Shown: one piece after another, positions 8,958-17,447 of the stretch | Layout: every line of letters starts with the position of its first letter | Numbering within the stretch: the first letter of the stretch is position 1 | Source: Nannocystis bainbridge | GTDB lineage: Bacteria > Myxococcota_A > Polyangia > Nannocystales > Nannocystaceae | Direction of reading: 5' to 3' | NCBI RefSeq assembly: GCF_028368995.1 | Contig: NZ_JAQNDL010000003.1 | Coordinates: 992,001-1,056,000 of the forward strand | DNA: 64,000 nucleotides | Translations under genes and position numbers: made by a program | The notes under the pieces: generated by a model | Database searches by the model: none | What the model was told of the DNA's origin: nothing | What the model saw: the letters and a program-made list of their open reading frames with translations, nothing else

Positions 8958-10376
8958 TCAAACGGACGGGCGCGGGCGACGACTTTCGAGCTTGGCGGCG
9001 AACAGGTGCTCGGCCGCGGCCGCGATCAGGCGATCGACCGTGCAGTTGGCCTCGTTCGCCTGCGCGATCCCGACGAGGAGAGTCAGCGACAGCGTATGCC
9101 CGTCGTCGGTGGTGATGTCGCCGGCGACCTCCTCGCAGATCTGCTCCGCCAGCGCGGTAGCCCCTGCGGGGTCCGTGCCTGGCAGGAGCAGTGCGAACTG
9201 GTCGCCGGCGTGGCGCGCCAGGACAGCGCCCGGGCGCCCGTACGGCCGCAAGCGCAGGGCGATCTCTCGTAGCAGTCGATCACCCGCGAGATGTCCATAC
9301 GTGTCGTTGATGCTCTTGAAGCGAGCGACGTCCAACAGCACCAGCGAGAGCGGCTGGCCGGAGATCTTGGCGGTCTGCAGCTCGTGTTCGAGATGGTCGA
9401 TGAGGTAACGGCGGTTGTGCAGCCTGGTCAAGCCATCGAGCTGCGTCAGGGGGTCGGCCGGCTCGACGTTCGGCGGTGCGTCGACCACTGTCAGCGCGGT
9501 GTCGCCGATCCGGATGCGATCACCGTCGTGGAGCGGCGCCTCCTGTCTCTGCTGGGCGTTGACGTATGTACCGTTGGTGCTGCCGTTGTCGACCACCCAC
9601 CAGCCATCGGTACGTCTCTCGAATCGCGCATGGTTGCGAGAGGCGGAGCCTCCTCCGAGCACGATGGCGCTTTGCTCGCTGCGTCCGACCGTGATCGGCG
9701 CCGAGGCTGCTTCCAGCCGATGCAGTCGGCCGGCTGTCGCGGCATCCCCCGAGCCGACGATGACGAGGTAGCAATCGCTCGCCTGCGCGCGGCGGCGGCC
9801 CGAGAAGAGGCGACCGGCCCAATCGGCGACGGGGTCGGGCCTGCCCATCGCGTGGCTCTCGACGCCGCCGTCCGACAGCTGCTTCGGGATCGCTATGCAC
9901 TGCCCCGCGAGCGCGCGAGACTCCGCGGCGGCCACGGTGTCGCAGTAATAGACCTGCTCCTTGCATTGCTGGCAGAAGCGGACCGACTCGGCGTCGGTCG
10001 GCGCGAGCGTCTCCCAGCGCTTGGTGCAGGCGAACGTGAAGCGGACCCGCGGGCGCTCCCGCTTGGCGCTGTCGCTGCCACAATTCATGATCACGTCGCG
10101 CAGCAGCAGGTTGGCGTAATCGAACCCGATCTCGCGCCCCAGCTCGATGAATCGCGCGATCACGGCGGGGTCGGCCGCCGGCTGCGAATGGAGGGCGACC
10201 TCGAGGCGCAGCCATTCGGCGCGCGCGGGGTCGCGATCCTCGACGAGCTTCGCATAGGCGAGCCGATCGGCGTCGCCCAGAGACTTGTCGTAGGCCTTGC
10301 GAATGAAGGAGCGCTCGTCTTCGGAGCTCTGGTATTCCGAGATGCGGGACCGCGCCTGTGTCACGGATAAAGGCAT
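8958..10376 (-). CDS. TIGR02996-like/Cys-rich N-terminus + FHA + degenerate GGDEF protein
   Basis: RLAYAKLVEDRDPARAEWLRLE; CTKRW...RFCQQCKEQVYYC; FHA GR...SRNHA...STNGTYVN; DGLTRLHNRR...FKSINDTYGHLAGD...RHAGDQF. Confidence 0.8.
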   Translation of the reverse strand: MPLSVTQARSRISEYQSSEDERSFIRKAYDKSLGDADRLAYAKLVEDRDPARAEWLRLEVALHSQPAADPAVIARFIELGREIGFDYANLLLRDVIMNCGSDSAKRERPRVRFTFACTKRWETLAPTDAESVRFCQQCKEQVYYCDTVAAAESRALAGQCIAIPKQLSDGGVESHAMGRPDPVADWAGRLFSGRRRAQASDCYLVIVGSGDAATAGRLHRLEAASAPITVGRSEQSAIVLGGGSASRNHARFERRTDGWWVVDNGSTNGTYVNAQQRQEAPLHDGDRIRIGDTALTVVDAPPNVEPADPLTQLDGLTRLHNRRYLIDHLEHELQTAKISGQPLSLVLLDVARFKSINDTYGHLAGDRLLREIALRLRPYGRPGAVLARHAGDQFALLLPGTDPAGATALAEQICEEVAGDITTDDGHTLSLTLLVGIAQANEANCTVDRLIAAAAEHLFAAKLESRRPRPSV

Positions 10377-10698
10377 AGCACACCTGCTTCCGCGGGCGCG
10401 TTCGCGCGGAGGCTATGCAGCCTCGCGCACGCATGTGCGGCGCGAGGCGGAGCGGCGTTCGCCGCGAAAACGCTATCTTGGACGATGGTCAGTTGCACGA
10501 GCGAGCGGGCCCGTCGAGGCCCAGATCACACTCTGGCCCGAGCCTCTCGACCTCGCGGCGGCGTGCCGTGGCGAGCGCGCGTCGGCGGGGGAGCCGGCCC
10601 GTGTCGAGGGCCATGTCCACGAGAACACGAGCGGCTGTTCGCCGAGCATGGCCGGTGTTAGCTTCGGCGCTCCCCCCGAGCCATGAAGCGGCGATCTC

Positions 10699-11214
10699 AT
10701 GAAAGTCGTAGCGAACAAATACTACGTCCCTGCCCTCGAGACCCTGCCCGCAGAGCGGCGGCGCCATTTCCAGAAGCGAATCCTCGCGCTCACGGCGCGC
10801 GCCAAGGCGATCGAGAACGGCGAGGACGAGCCGATGGATCGGGAGGCGCTCGGAGACCTCGCGGACGATGCCGGCGAGTCGCTTTCCATGAGCCTGGGCG
10901 AGTTGCCGGGCCTGCTGGAGGAGTTGTTCGACGAGTCCGTCGATCCGCTCAGCGCCCTGCTCGACGAGGTTCGCGCCGATGCGTGGCCCCCCAGGGCGCA
11001 GGAGGCCCTCTACGCCTGCCCCTATTGGATCACGCTGTGGATCGTCGAGAACAGTCTGTGGGATGACGAGGCGGCGAACACCATGCGTCGGCTGACCAAG
11101 CGCTTCCTCGACAGGCTCGCCAGGGCGCTGCAGCTCGACGCCGCGACGCGCAAAGACATCGAGAGCACCACGCGTGCGCTCCGCAGCGGCGACGACGACG
11201 CAGACGACGACTGA
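10699..11214 (+). CDS. Hypothetical acidic helical protein (weak TerB/DUF533-like C-terminus)
   Basis: 171-aa ORF with coding-like codon usage. FLDRLARALQLDAATRKDIE resembles TerB-like tails. Confidence 0.6.
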   Translation: MKVVANKYYVPALETLPAERRRHFQKRILALTARAKAIENGEDEPMDREALGDLADDAGESLSMSLGELPGLLEELFDESVDPLSALLDEVRADAWPPRAQEALYACPYWITLWIVENSLWDDEAANTMRRLTKRFLDRLARALQLDAATRKDIESTTRALRSGDDDADDD

Positions 11215-11215
11215 C

Positions 11216-13828
11216 CTACCCCCGCGGTTCGCTTCGCTCGCTCGCCGTCGGCGTCGGCAGCTCGCTCGCCGGCACCTTCTCGCCCGCGACGATCTGCGCG
11301 AAGATCTCCGCCTGCACCCGATGCAGCTCCCACGAGCGCTCGAGCACCCACAGCAGCTCGAGCAGCTCCTGCGTCATCGCCTCCGACCAAACGATGGGCC
11401 GCACGGCGTCGAGCGGTGACGACGTGCGGCCGCGCGGCTCCAGCATGCGCCCCGCCAGCCACGACGACACCACCTTCAATCCCGACACCTCGTAGCCCCA
11501 GATCTCCGCGGCCACCGGCGCGAATCGACCGCTGCCGACGCTCAGCACCCCGGCCGTCCACGAGCTCTTCGCCGGCACCTCGCGCACCGGCGCCACGCAC
11601 CGCGCTGCCCCTGCCGTGGGCACTGCGCGAAACGTGTGGAGCCCCAGCAGCTCCGCCCCGACCGCCGCGCAGCGGGAGAACAGCCGCTCGTCCCGCGTGA
11701 GCGGCACCCGCGGCCCCGGCTCCGCCACCTCCTCCGCCAGCGCATCCACATACCCGGGGTGCCCCAGGCAGCCGTAGACGTACGCGAACAGCTCCTCCGC
11801 CGCCACTGTCCGCGAGAACATGTCCCCAAGAACATCCAGCAAACCACGCGTCACGTTGGCCTGCCGCGCCATCGCATCGCGCCACAGCGGGATCACCCCC
11901 TTGTCGCCGAACGACCCGCGGAAGTGATGAAGGTCCGGCACCTCCGCGCAGCCCATCACCGCCGGCCCGCGCGACAACCCGCTCGACAGCAGCGTCGTCA
12001 GGTACAGCTGAGACGGCCCGTGCGCGCGCCACAGCGCCGGCCGCAGGCGATCGCCGAGGCGCGCGTCGGCGAGGCACCAGCGGCGATCGAGCGAGCGCCA
12101 GGAGATCCGCGCGACCCGTGGCATCGGCGCGTCGACCGGCAGCGACGCCAGCGGCGGCAACGGCGAGCCATCCAGGAGGTCGGCCCCCGGCCGCGCGATC
12201 GTCCACGCCTCCGACTCGCGGAACGCCGCCGCGCGATCCTCCGCCCGCAGCAACCCCCGCCAGCGCCGCTCCAGCACCTCCGGCGTCACCGCGATCGGCC
12301 ACGTCCGCTTCCACTGCGCCCCCGCGTGCTGCCACGGGAACAGATCGATCAATCGCGGCCAATCACCATGGTCCCCGGAGGCCCCCGGCACCAGCGGCGC
12401 CTCCCATGCATCGGCGGCGCGCGCCCATTCGAGTGAGTGCCACGATTGCAGCGCCCCGAGCGCGAGCAACTTCTCTTCACGCTGCTGCGAATCGGCGAGC
12501 CGCGCATACCACAGCACCGCCGCCCGTGATCGCTGAATCTCCGCCCTCCGCAACCCCACCGCGATACAGACCGGCGTGCGCACCCCTTTAAAAACATTCG
12601 CGGAGCGACGCGGGCCGAGAGCGTCGCCGCCGAGGTCGAGGATCCACAGCGCGTCGAGCACCTCGCGCAGATGGCGGCGCATCGCCGCGAAGCCTGGCCC
12701 GCGCAGGTAGCTCGACGGTGTGATCAGACAGACGATCCCCGGCCCATCCTGCTCGCAGCTCCACCAAAGCGCCCAGCGCCAGAAATAGACATACGCATTA
12801 TACAGATTCTTCGCGTGTCTGCCGAGAGCCCCCTCCGGCAAGAAATCACCGAGCAGCGCCCGCTCGCCGCGCCCGGGATCGCCGTGGCGGATCCACCCGC
12901 CGCGATCGTCCTCCGTCAATTCGCGCCGGTCGTACGGCGGATTGCCGATGCACACCCGGATCTGCCCCGCGTCCGTCGCCTCGAGCTGCGGGCGCGCCAG
13001 CGTGTCGCGCAACATCACCCGCGAAGCCTGCACGCGCCCGCCCGCGTCACGCAGCGCCCGCGTCACGCGAGCATGCGCCGCCGCGTGCGGCCCCGCGAGC
13101 ACCTCGTGGGCCACGAGGCTCTCGCCGAGGCGGGTCATGCACGCTTCGACATCGCCGCCGCCAGCTCGCGCTGTTCGCAGCGCGTCGTCGACGATCGCCA
13201 GCGGATACACCCCGGTGCCGCACGCCGGATCGATCACTGTCACGTTCGGCGCCGCGAACCCGAGCGGCGCCGCCAGCTCGCGCTGCAGCAGCTCGCGCAC
13301 TGCCACGATCTGTGCGTGCACCACCTCCGCCGGCGTGTAGTAGGCCCCCGCCTCGCGCCGCAGCCGCGCGTCGTACGCCGCCAGGAACTCCTCGTAAAAG
13401 TAAGTCCCCTCGCCCTCGCGCAGCCCCGCCAGCGACGCATCCTCGATCGCCGCCACCGTCGCCTCGAGCTCGTCCAGCGCTGCGCCGATCTCCCCGCGAT
13501 GCTCCGCCGCCGCTCGCATCGCCCGCAGCAGCGGACCCGGCGTCTCCCCCAGGCGCGTGCACGCCCCCGCCACCTCCGCCCGCGCCTCCGGGTGCGCGAG
13601 CCGATCGCTCCACAGCCCGTACGTGATCGTCTGCGCCAGCGCCTCGGCGAACTCCGCTTCGCCCCCGCGGGTCGCTGGCGACCACGCGTCCGCGAGCGTG
13701 CGCAGGCGCGAGCCGGGCGCTGTCACGGCCGCGAGCAGCGCGTCGCGCAGGGTTCGGCAGCTCGCGGCCAGTCGCGCCGCTACCTCGCGCGAGCTCTTCG
13801 GGGCCTGCCTCCGCACGCGCGGAAACAT
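11216..13828 (-). CDS. Type ISP/IIG-like N6-adenine DNA methyltransferase with C-terminal specificity domain, apparently lacking the nuclease
   Basis: YFYEEFLAAYD...GAYYTP, DPACGTG (motif I), IGNPPY (motif IV), LlaBIII-like C-terminal region (IWGYEVSGLKVVSSWL). The part of the listed 2026-aa ORF upstream of 13828 is an antisense shadow. Confidence 0.85.
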   Translation of the reverse strand: MFPRVRRQAPKSSREVAARLAASCRTLRDALLAAVTAPGSRLRTLADAWSPATRGGEAEFAEALAQTITYGLWSDRLAHPEARAEVAGACTRLGETPGPLLRAMRAAAEHRGEIGAALDELEATVAAIEDASLAGLREGEGTYFYEEFLAAYDARLRREAGAYYTPAEVVHAQIVAVRELLQRELAAPLGFAAPNVTVIDPACGTGVYPLAIVDDALRTARAGGGDVEACMTRLGESLVAHEVLAGPHAAAHARVTRALRDAGGRVQASRVMLRDTLARPQLEATDAGQIRVCIGNPPYDRRELTEDDRGGWIRHGDPGRGERALLGDFLPEGALGRHAKNLYNAYVYFWRWALWWSCEQDGPGIVCLITPSSYLRGPGFAAMRRHLREVLDALWILDLGGDALGPRRSANVFKGVRTPVCIAVGLRRAEIQRSRAAVLWYARLADSQQREEKLLALGALQSWHSLEWARAADAWEAPLVPGASGDHGDWPRLIDLFPWQHAGAQWKRTWPIAVTPEVLERRWRGLLRAEDRAAAFRESEAWTIARPGADLLDGSPLPPLASLPVDAPMPRVARISWRSLDRRWCLADARLGDRLRPALWRAHGPSQLYLTTLLSSGLSRGPAVMGCAEVPDLHHFRGSFGDKGVIPLWRDAMARQANVTRGLLDVLGDMFSRTVAAEELFAYVYGCLGHPGYVDALAEEVAEPGPRVPLTRDERLFSRCAAVGAELLGLHTFRAVPTAGAARCVAPVREVPAKSSWTAGVLSVGSGRFAPVAAEIWGYEVSGLKVVSSWLAGRMLEPRGRTSSPLDAVRPIVWSEAMTQELLELLWVLERSWELHRVQAEIFAQIVAGEKVPASELPTPTASERSEPRG

Positions 13829-13939
13829 AGCAGAGCAACATCGCGCGCGGTCGTCGGCCCGCGCGGACGGCGGCGCGGCGAGTGCGTGCATTTGTCCCCG
13901 CGGGAGCGCCGGCCCGCGGTGATATCCTCCTGGCGGCTC

Positions 13940-16900
13940 ATGCTTCATATCGCCGTCGAACGCGAGGGACAGCCGCGCAAAGAGCTCCGCTTCGCCAAGG
14001 ACGTGGTCGTCGTCGGCCGCGAGGCCGAGCACGATCTCCAGCTCAACTTCGAGGACGGCGCCTCGCGCCAGCACGCCCGCTTGAGCCACGAGCGCGGCCA
14101 GCACTTCGTCGAGGACCTCGGCTCGCGCAACGGCACCAAGGTCAACGGCAAGCGGATCGCCGCCAAGACCCCGCTCAAGCCCGGCGACGAGGTCGAGGTC
14201 GGCAAGGTCAAGATCTACCTGGTCGGAGAGACAGGTGCAGCCGGTGGCCGCGGCACCGCGCGGGTCCAGCCGCGCGGCGCCGACGACGACCAGACCGTCC
14301 AGCGCCCGGCCAAGGCCAAGGCGGCCGCGCCCGAACCTGCCCCGAAGGCCAGGCCCGCTCCCGAGCCCGCCAAGCCCGTCGCCAAGCCCGTCGCCAAGGC
14401 CTCGCGGCCGGCGCCCGATCCCGAGGCTGTCGCGCAGGACACCAGCATCCGCGTCAACCTGCGCCAGCCCGAGCCCGAGCCCGCGGCCGCGCCCGAGCCC
14501 GAGGGCAAGCCCACCGGCCCGGTCAACGACGAGAACGAGGCGTGCCGCAGCCAGATCGATCCGCTGGCCCGGCGCTGGCGCGACCTCGGCAAGCCCGAGG
14601 GGCTGCTCCTCCACGGCCCGCTGCTCAAGCGCGGCCTCACCTGGGCGGCCAGCGACCGCAAGCTGCGGCCGCGCCCGTCCGAGCTGCACCGCGAGTTCAT
14701 CTACGCCAGCCGCGGCGATCGTCGCCACCGGATCCGCGACGTCGGCCTGCGCGCCGGGGCGCTGACGATCGCGCTGGTCGGCGGCAACGTGGCGGCCCAC
14801 GTGCTCCACGACGACCTCGAGCTCAAGGACGCCGCCGCCGGTCGCGAGGCTGGTGCGGGCCAGTGCACGCCCGACAACCCGGCCGTGCAGCGGGCCAACC
14901 TCCTGGCCCAAAAGGCAGCCGAGCAGACCGACCTCGAGCTGGCGATCCTCGCCGGCACGCGGGCCGTCAGCGCCGCCGACGGCCCGTGCGCGCGTCAGTC
15001 CGACGCCGAGCGGGCGCTGCGGATCGCCCTCTCGCGCCAGCGCAGCCGCGTCATCGGTCGCGGCAACGCGCCGATCCGCGACGCAAACGTCGGCCGCGAC
15101 GAGCGTGACGTCGTCACCGTCGACGACACCGGCGCCGTCGTCCTTTACGACCGCACCGGCGCCTCGCAGCCGAAGACCTTGCCCTCGAGCAGCGGCGCCG
15201 GCAAGGTCGCCGCGCTCGGCCCCGAGGGTCGCTGGCTGGCCGTCGGGACAGCCAAGGGCGTCGTCGACCTGTGGGACCTCGCGCAGCGCACCGCGCCCAA
15301 GCTGACCCGGCAGCTCGAGAGTCACCGCGACCCTGTCACTGCGATCGCCTTCAGCGAGGACGGCCGGTTCTTCGCCACCGGTGACCGCCGCGGCAACGTC
15401 ACCGTGTGGGACATGCGAGGCACCGACGCCGGCGCCAAGCTCGGCGAGCTGCGGCAGCACAGCGGCGCCATCGAGCAGCTGGTGTTCCGCGACGGCGGCA
15501 GCCGCCTCTACTCGTTCGGCGGCAAGCAGGCGGTCGCCACCGACCTGCAGGACGGGCGCAAGAAGGGCAAGCAGCTCAACCTCGCCATCGGCGGCGACGC
15601 CACCGCGTTCGCGGTCAACGGCGAGGGCGACGAGGTCGTGGTCGGCGACAGCATCGGCCAGGTCGTGCGCTGGCGGGTCCGCACCCTCGCGCGCGCCCAG
15701 CAGGACGCGCTCGCCAGCCACACCGGCGCCGTCGTCGACCTCTCGTTCCTCCCCGGCGCGCGGGCCGTCCTGTCCCTCGGGACAGACAAGCAGCTCATCG
15801 TCACCGAGCTCGATCAGATGATGCGCGAGGGCAGCGAGCCGCTGCGCGTCGGCCTGCGCGGGCTGCAGTCCGAGCCCAAGGCCCTGGCCGCCGACCCGAC
15901 CGGGCGCCGGATCGCCGTCGCCGCTCAGGACCACAAGATCTACGTGTGGGATGCCGCCCAGCGTCACACCTCGGCCCAGCCGGTGGTCGTGTTCGACGAG
16001 CACGTCGACACCATCGAGTCGGTGCTGCCGAGCTACGACGGCAACTCGCTGCTGTCCGCCTCGGCCGACGGCACCTTGCGTCTGTGGCCGCTGCAGAACG
16101 CCGAGGCTGGCGGCGCGCTCGCGGTCCTCAGCGATCACCGCGGCCCGATCACCGGTTTGGGCCTCAGCAGCGACGGCGGCCGCATGGCCTCGCTCGGCCA
16201 GGACAAGGCCTTCCGCGCCTGGCGGCTCGACGCTCGTGGCGCCCCGCGGCGGATCCTCGAACGCACCTTCGAGCAGGCCCCGCAGGCTCTGGCCGTCAGC
16301 CCTGATGGTTTGTGGGCGGCCGTCGGCGTCGAGCGTCAGCTGCTCATCTACAACCTCGGCGCCAACGAGCGCGAGCCCAAGCCGATCGAGCGCGCCCAGC
16401 ACGACGACCTCATCAGCCACGTCGCCTTCAGCCCGGACAACCGCTGGCTGGTCAGCGCCGACTTCTCCGGCGCCATCAACACCTGGCCGATGAAGAGCGA
16501 CGGCCCCGAGGACAGCCCGGCCCGCAAGGTCGCGCTCGGCCGCTCCGTCACCGCGCTGGCGCTGGCGCCCAGCAGCCCCTACTTCGCGGTCGCCGCGGCC
16601 GACAACCGGGTCACGCTGTGGCCGATGACCGGCAACGGCGGCGAGCAGCAGGTCGTGCAGCACGAGAAGTCGGTGCTGTCGCTGACCTTCAGCGGCGGCG
16701 GCGACCTGCTGGTCTCGACCAGCGACGACGCGCGCGCGATCCTCCGCACCGTCGACAAGGGCAAGACCGCCGAGCTGTCCGAGCGCTCGGCCGTCGCCCA
16801 CGACTCGCGCGTGCGCGCGGCGGCGTTCAGCCCCGACAAGCGGTGGCTCGCCACCGGCAGCGACGACGGCGTCATCAACATGACCGACCTCAAGAACATG

Positions 16901-17278
16901 ACCGAGCGGAGCAAGCCGCTGAAGGGTCACGAGACGGCCATCACCGGCCTGTTCTTCGAGCCAGGCAGCGAGCTCCTGGTGTCCGCCAGCGCCGACAAGA
17001 CCTTGCGGCTGTGGCTCGTCGACGACCTCAGCCGCGGCGGCGAGGTGCGATCGATCCCCCTCAGCGGCCACACCGGTCCCGTCAGCGCCATGCGCGTCGA
17101 CGGCAGCGGTCGCCTCCTCGTCAGCGGCGGCGCCGACGGGGCCCTGCGCGTCTGGCCGCTCAAGCAGGACCTGCTGATCGCGCTGGCCTGCCGCACCGTC
17201 GGCCGCGACTTCAGCGACGACGAGTGGAGCACGCTCTACCCGGGCGAGCCGGTCGAGCCGCTGTGCGAGGGCAAGTAG
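13940..17278 (+). CDS. FHA-domain, single-TM, WD40 beta-propeller protein
   Basis: FHA (VVGR...ASRQHA...SRNGTKVNG), Pro/Ala linker, helical segment, TM, then about 14 WD40 repeats (GH...SADKTLRLW). Confidence 0.9.
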   Translation: MLHIAVEREGQPRKELRFAKDVVVVGREAEHDLQLNFEDGASRQHARLSHERGQHFVEDLGSRNGTKVNGKRIAAKTPLKPGDEVEVGKVKIYLVGETGAAGGRGTARVQPRGADDDQTVQRPAKAKAAAPEPAPKARPAPEPAKPVAKPVAKASRPAPDPEAVAQDTSIRVNLRQPEPEPAAAPEPEGKPTGPVNDENEACRSQIDPLARRWRDLGKPEGLLLHGPLLKRGLTWAASDRKLRPRPSELHREFIYASRGDRRHRIRDVGLRAGALTIALVGGNVAAHVLHDDLELKDAAAGREAGAGQCTPDNPAVQRANLLAQKAAEQTDLELAILAGTRAVSAADGPCARQSDAERALRIALSRQRSRVIGRGNAPIRDANVGRDERDVVTVDDTGAVVLYDRTGASQPKTLPSSSGAGKVAALGPEGRWLAVGTAKGVVDLWDLAQRTAPKLTRQLESHRDPVTAIAFSEDGRFFATGDRRGNVTVWDMRGTDAGAKLGELRQHSGAIEQLVFRDGGSRLYSFGGKQAVATDLQDGRKKGKQLNLAIGGDATAFAVNGEGDEVVVGDSIGQVVRWRVRTLARAQQDALASHTGAVVDLSFLPGARAVLSLGTDKQLIVTELDQMMREGSEPLRVGLRGLQSEPKALAADPTGRRIAVAAQDHKIYVWDAAQRHTSAQPVVVFDEHVDTIESVLPSYDGNSLLSASADGTLRLWPLQNAEAGGALAVLSDHRGPITGLGLSSDGGRMASLGQDKAFRAWRLDARGAPRRILERTFEQAPQALAVSPDGLWAAVGVERQLLIYNLGANEREPKPIERAQHDDLISHVAFSPDNRWLVSADFSGAINTWPMKSDGPEDSPARKVALGRSVTALALAPSSPYFAVAAADNRVTLWPMTGNGGEQQVVQHEKSVLSLTFSGGGDLLVSTSDDARAILRTVDKGKTAELSERSAVAHDSRVRAAAFSPDKRWLATGSDDGVINMTDLKNMTERSKPLKGHETAITGLFFEPGSELLVSASADKTLRLWLVDDLSRGGEVRSIPLSGHTGPVSAMRVDGSGRLLVSGGADGALRVWPLKQDLLIALACRTVGRDFSDDEWSTLYPGEPVEPLCEGK

Positions 17279-17307
17279 GCCCGGGCGGCGCTCCACGCGA
17301 CACGCTA

Positions 17308-17390
17308 TGTCCTCGATGACATGTCCCTATCGACATGTCGTCGAAGACATTTGCTAACAGACATGTCTTCGAGGGCATGTCCGAAAGACA
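17308..17390. repeat. Head-to-tail array of six 14-bp TGTC-N6-GACA-type palindromes
   Basis: TGTCCTCGATGACA|TGTCCCTATCGACA|TGTCGTCGAAGACA|TTTGCTAACAGACA|TGTCTTCGAGGGCA|TGTCCGAAAGACA (last unit 13 bp). Confidence 0.85.
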
Positions 17391-17447
17391 CTGCCTGCAC
17401 GCTCCGCCCGCTCGCGCGGCGTCACCGCTGCTGCGGGCGACGCGGCG

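Noticed and set aside
12671-13939. N-terminal extension of the 1535-aa ORF
   Set aside because: Antisense shadow of the methyltransferase. The FHA domain starts at ATG 13940.
13829-17296. 2026-aa ORF as one giant methyltransferase fusion
   Set aside because: The N-terminal ~1150 aa are the antisense shadow of the FHA-WD40 gene. Recognisable MTase sequence starts near 13828.
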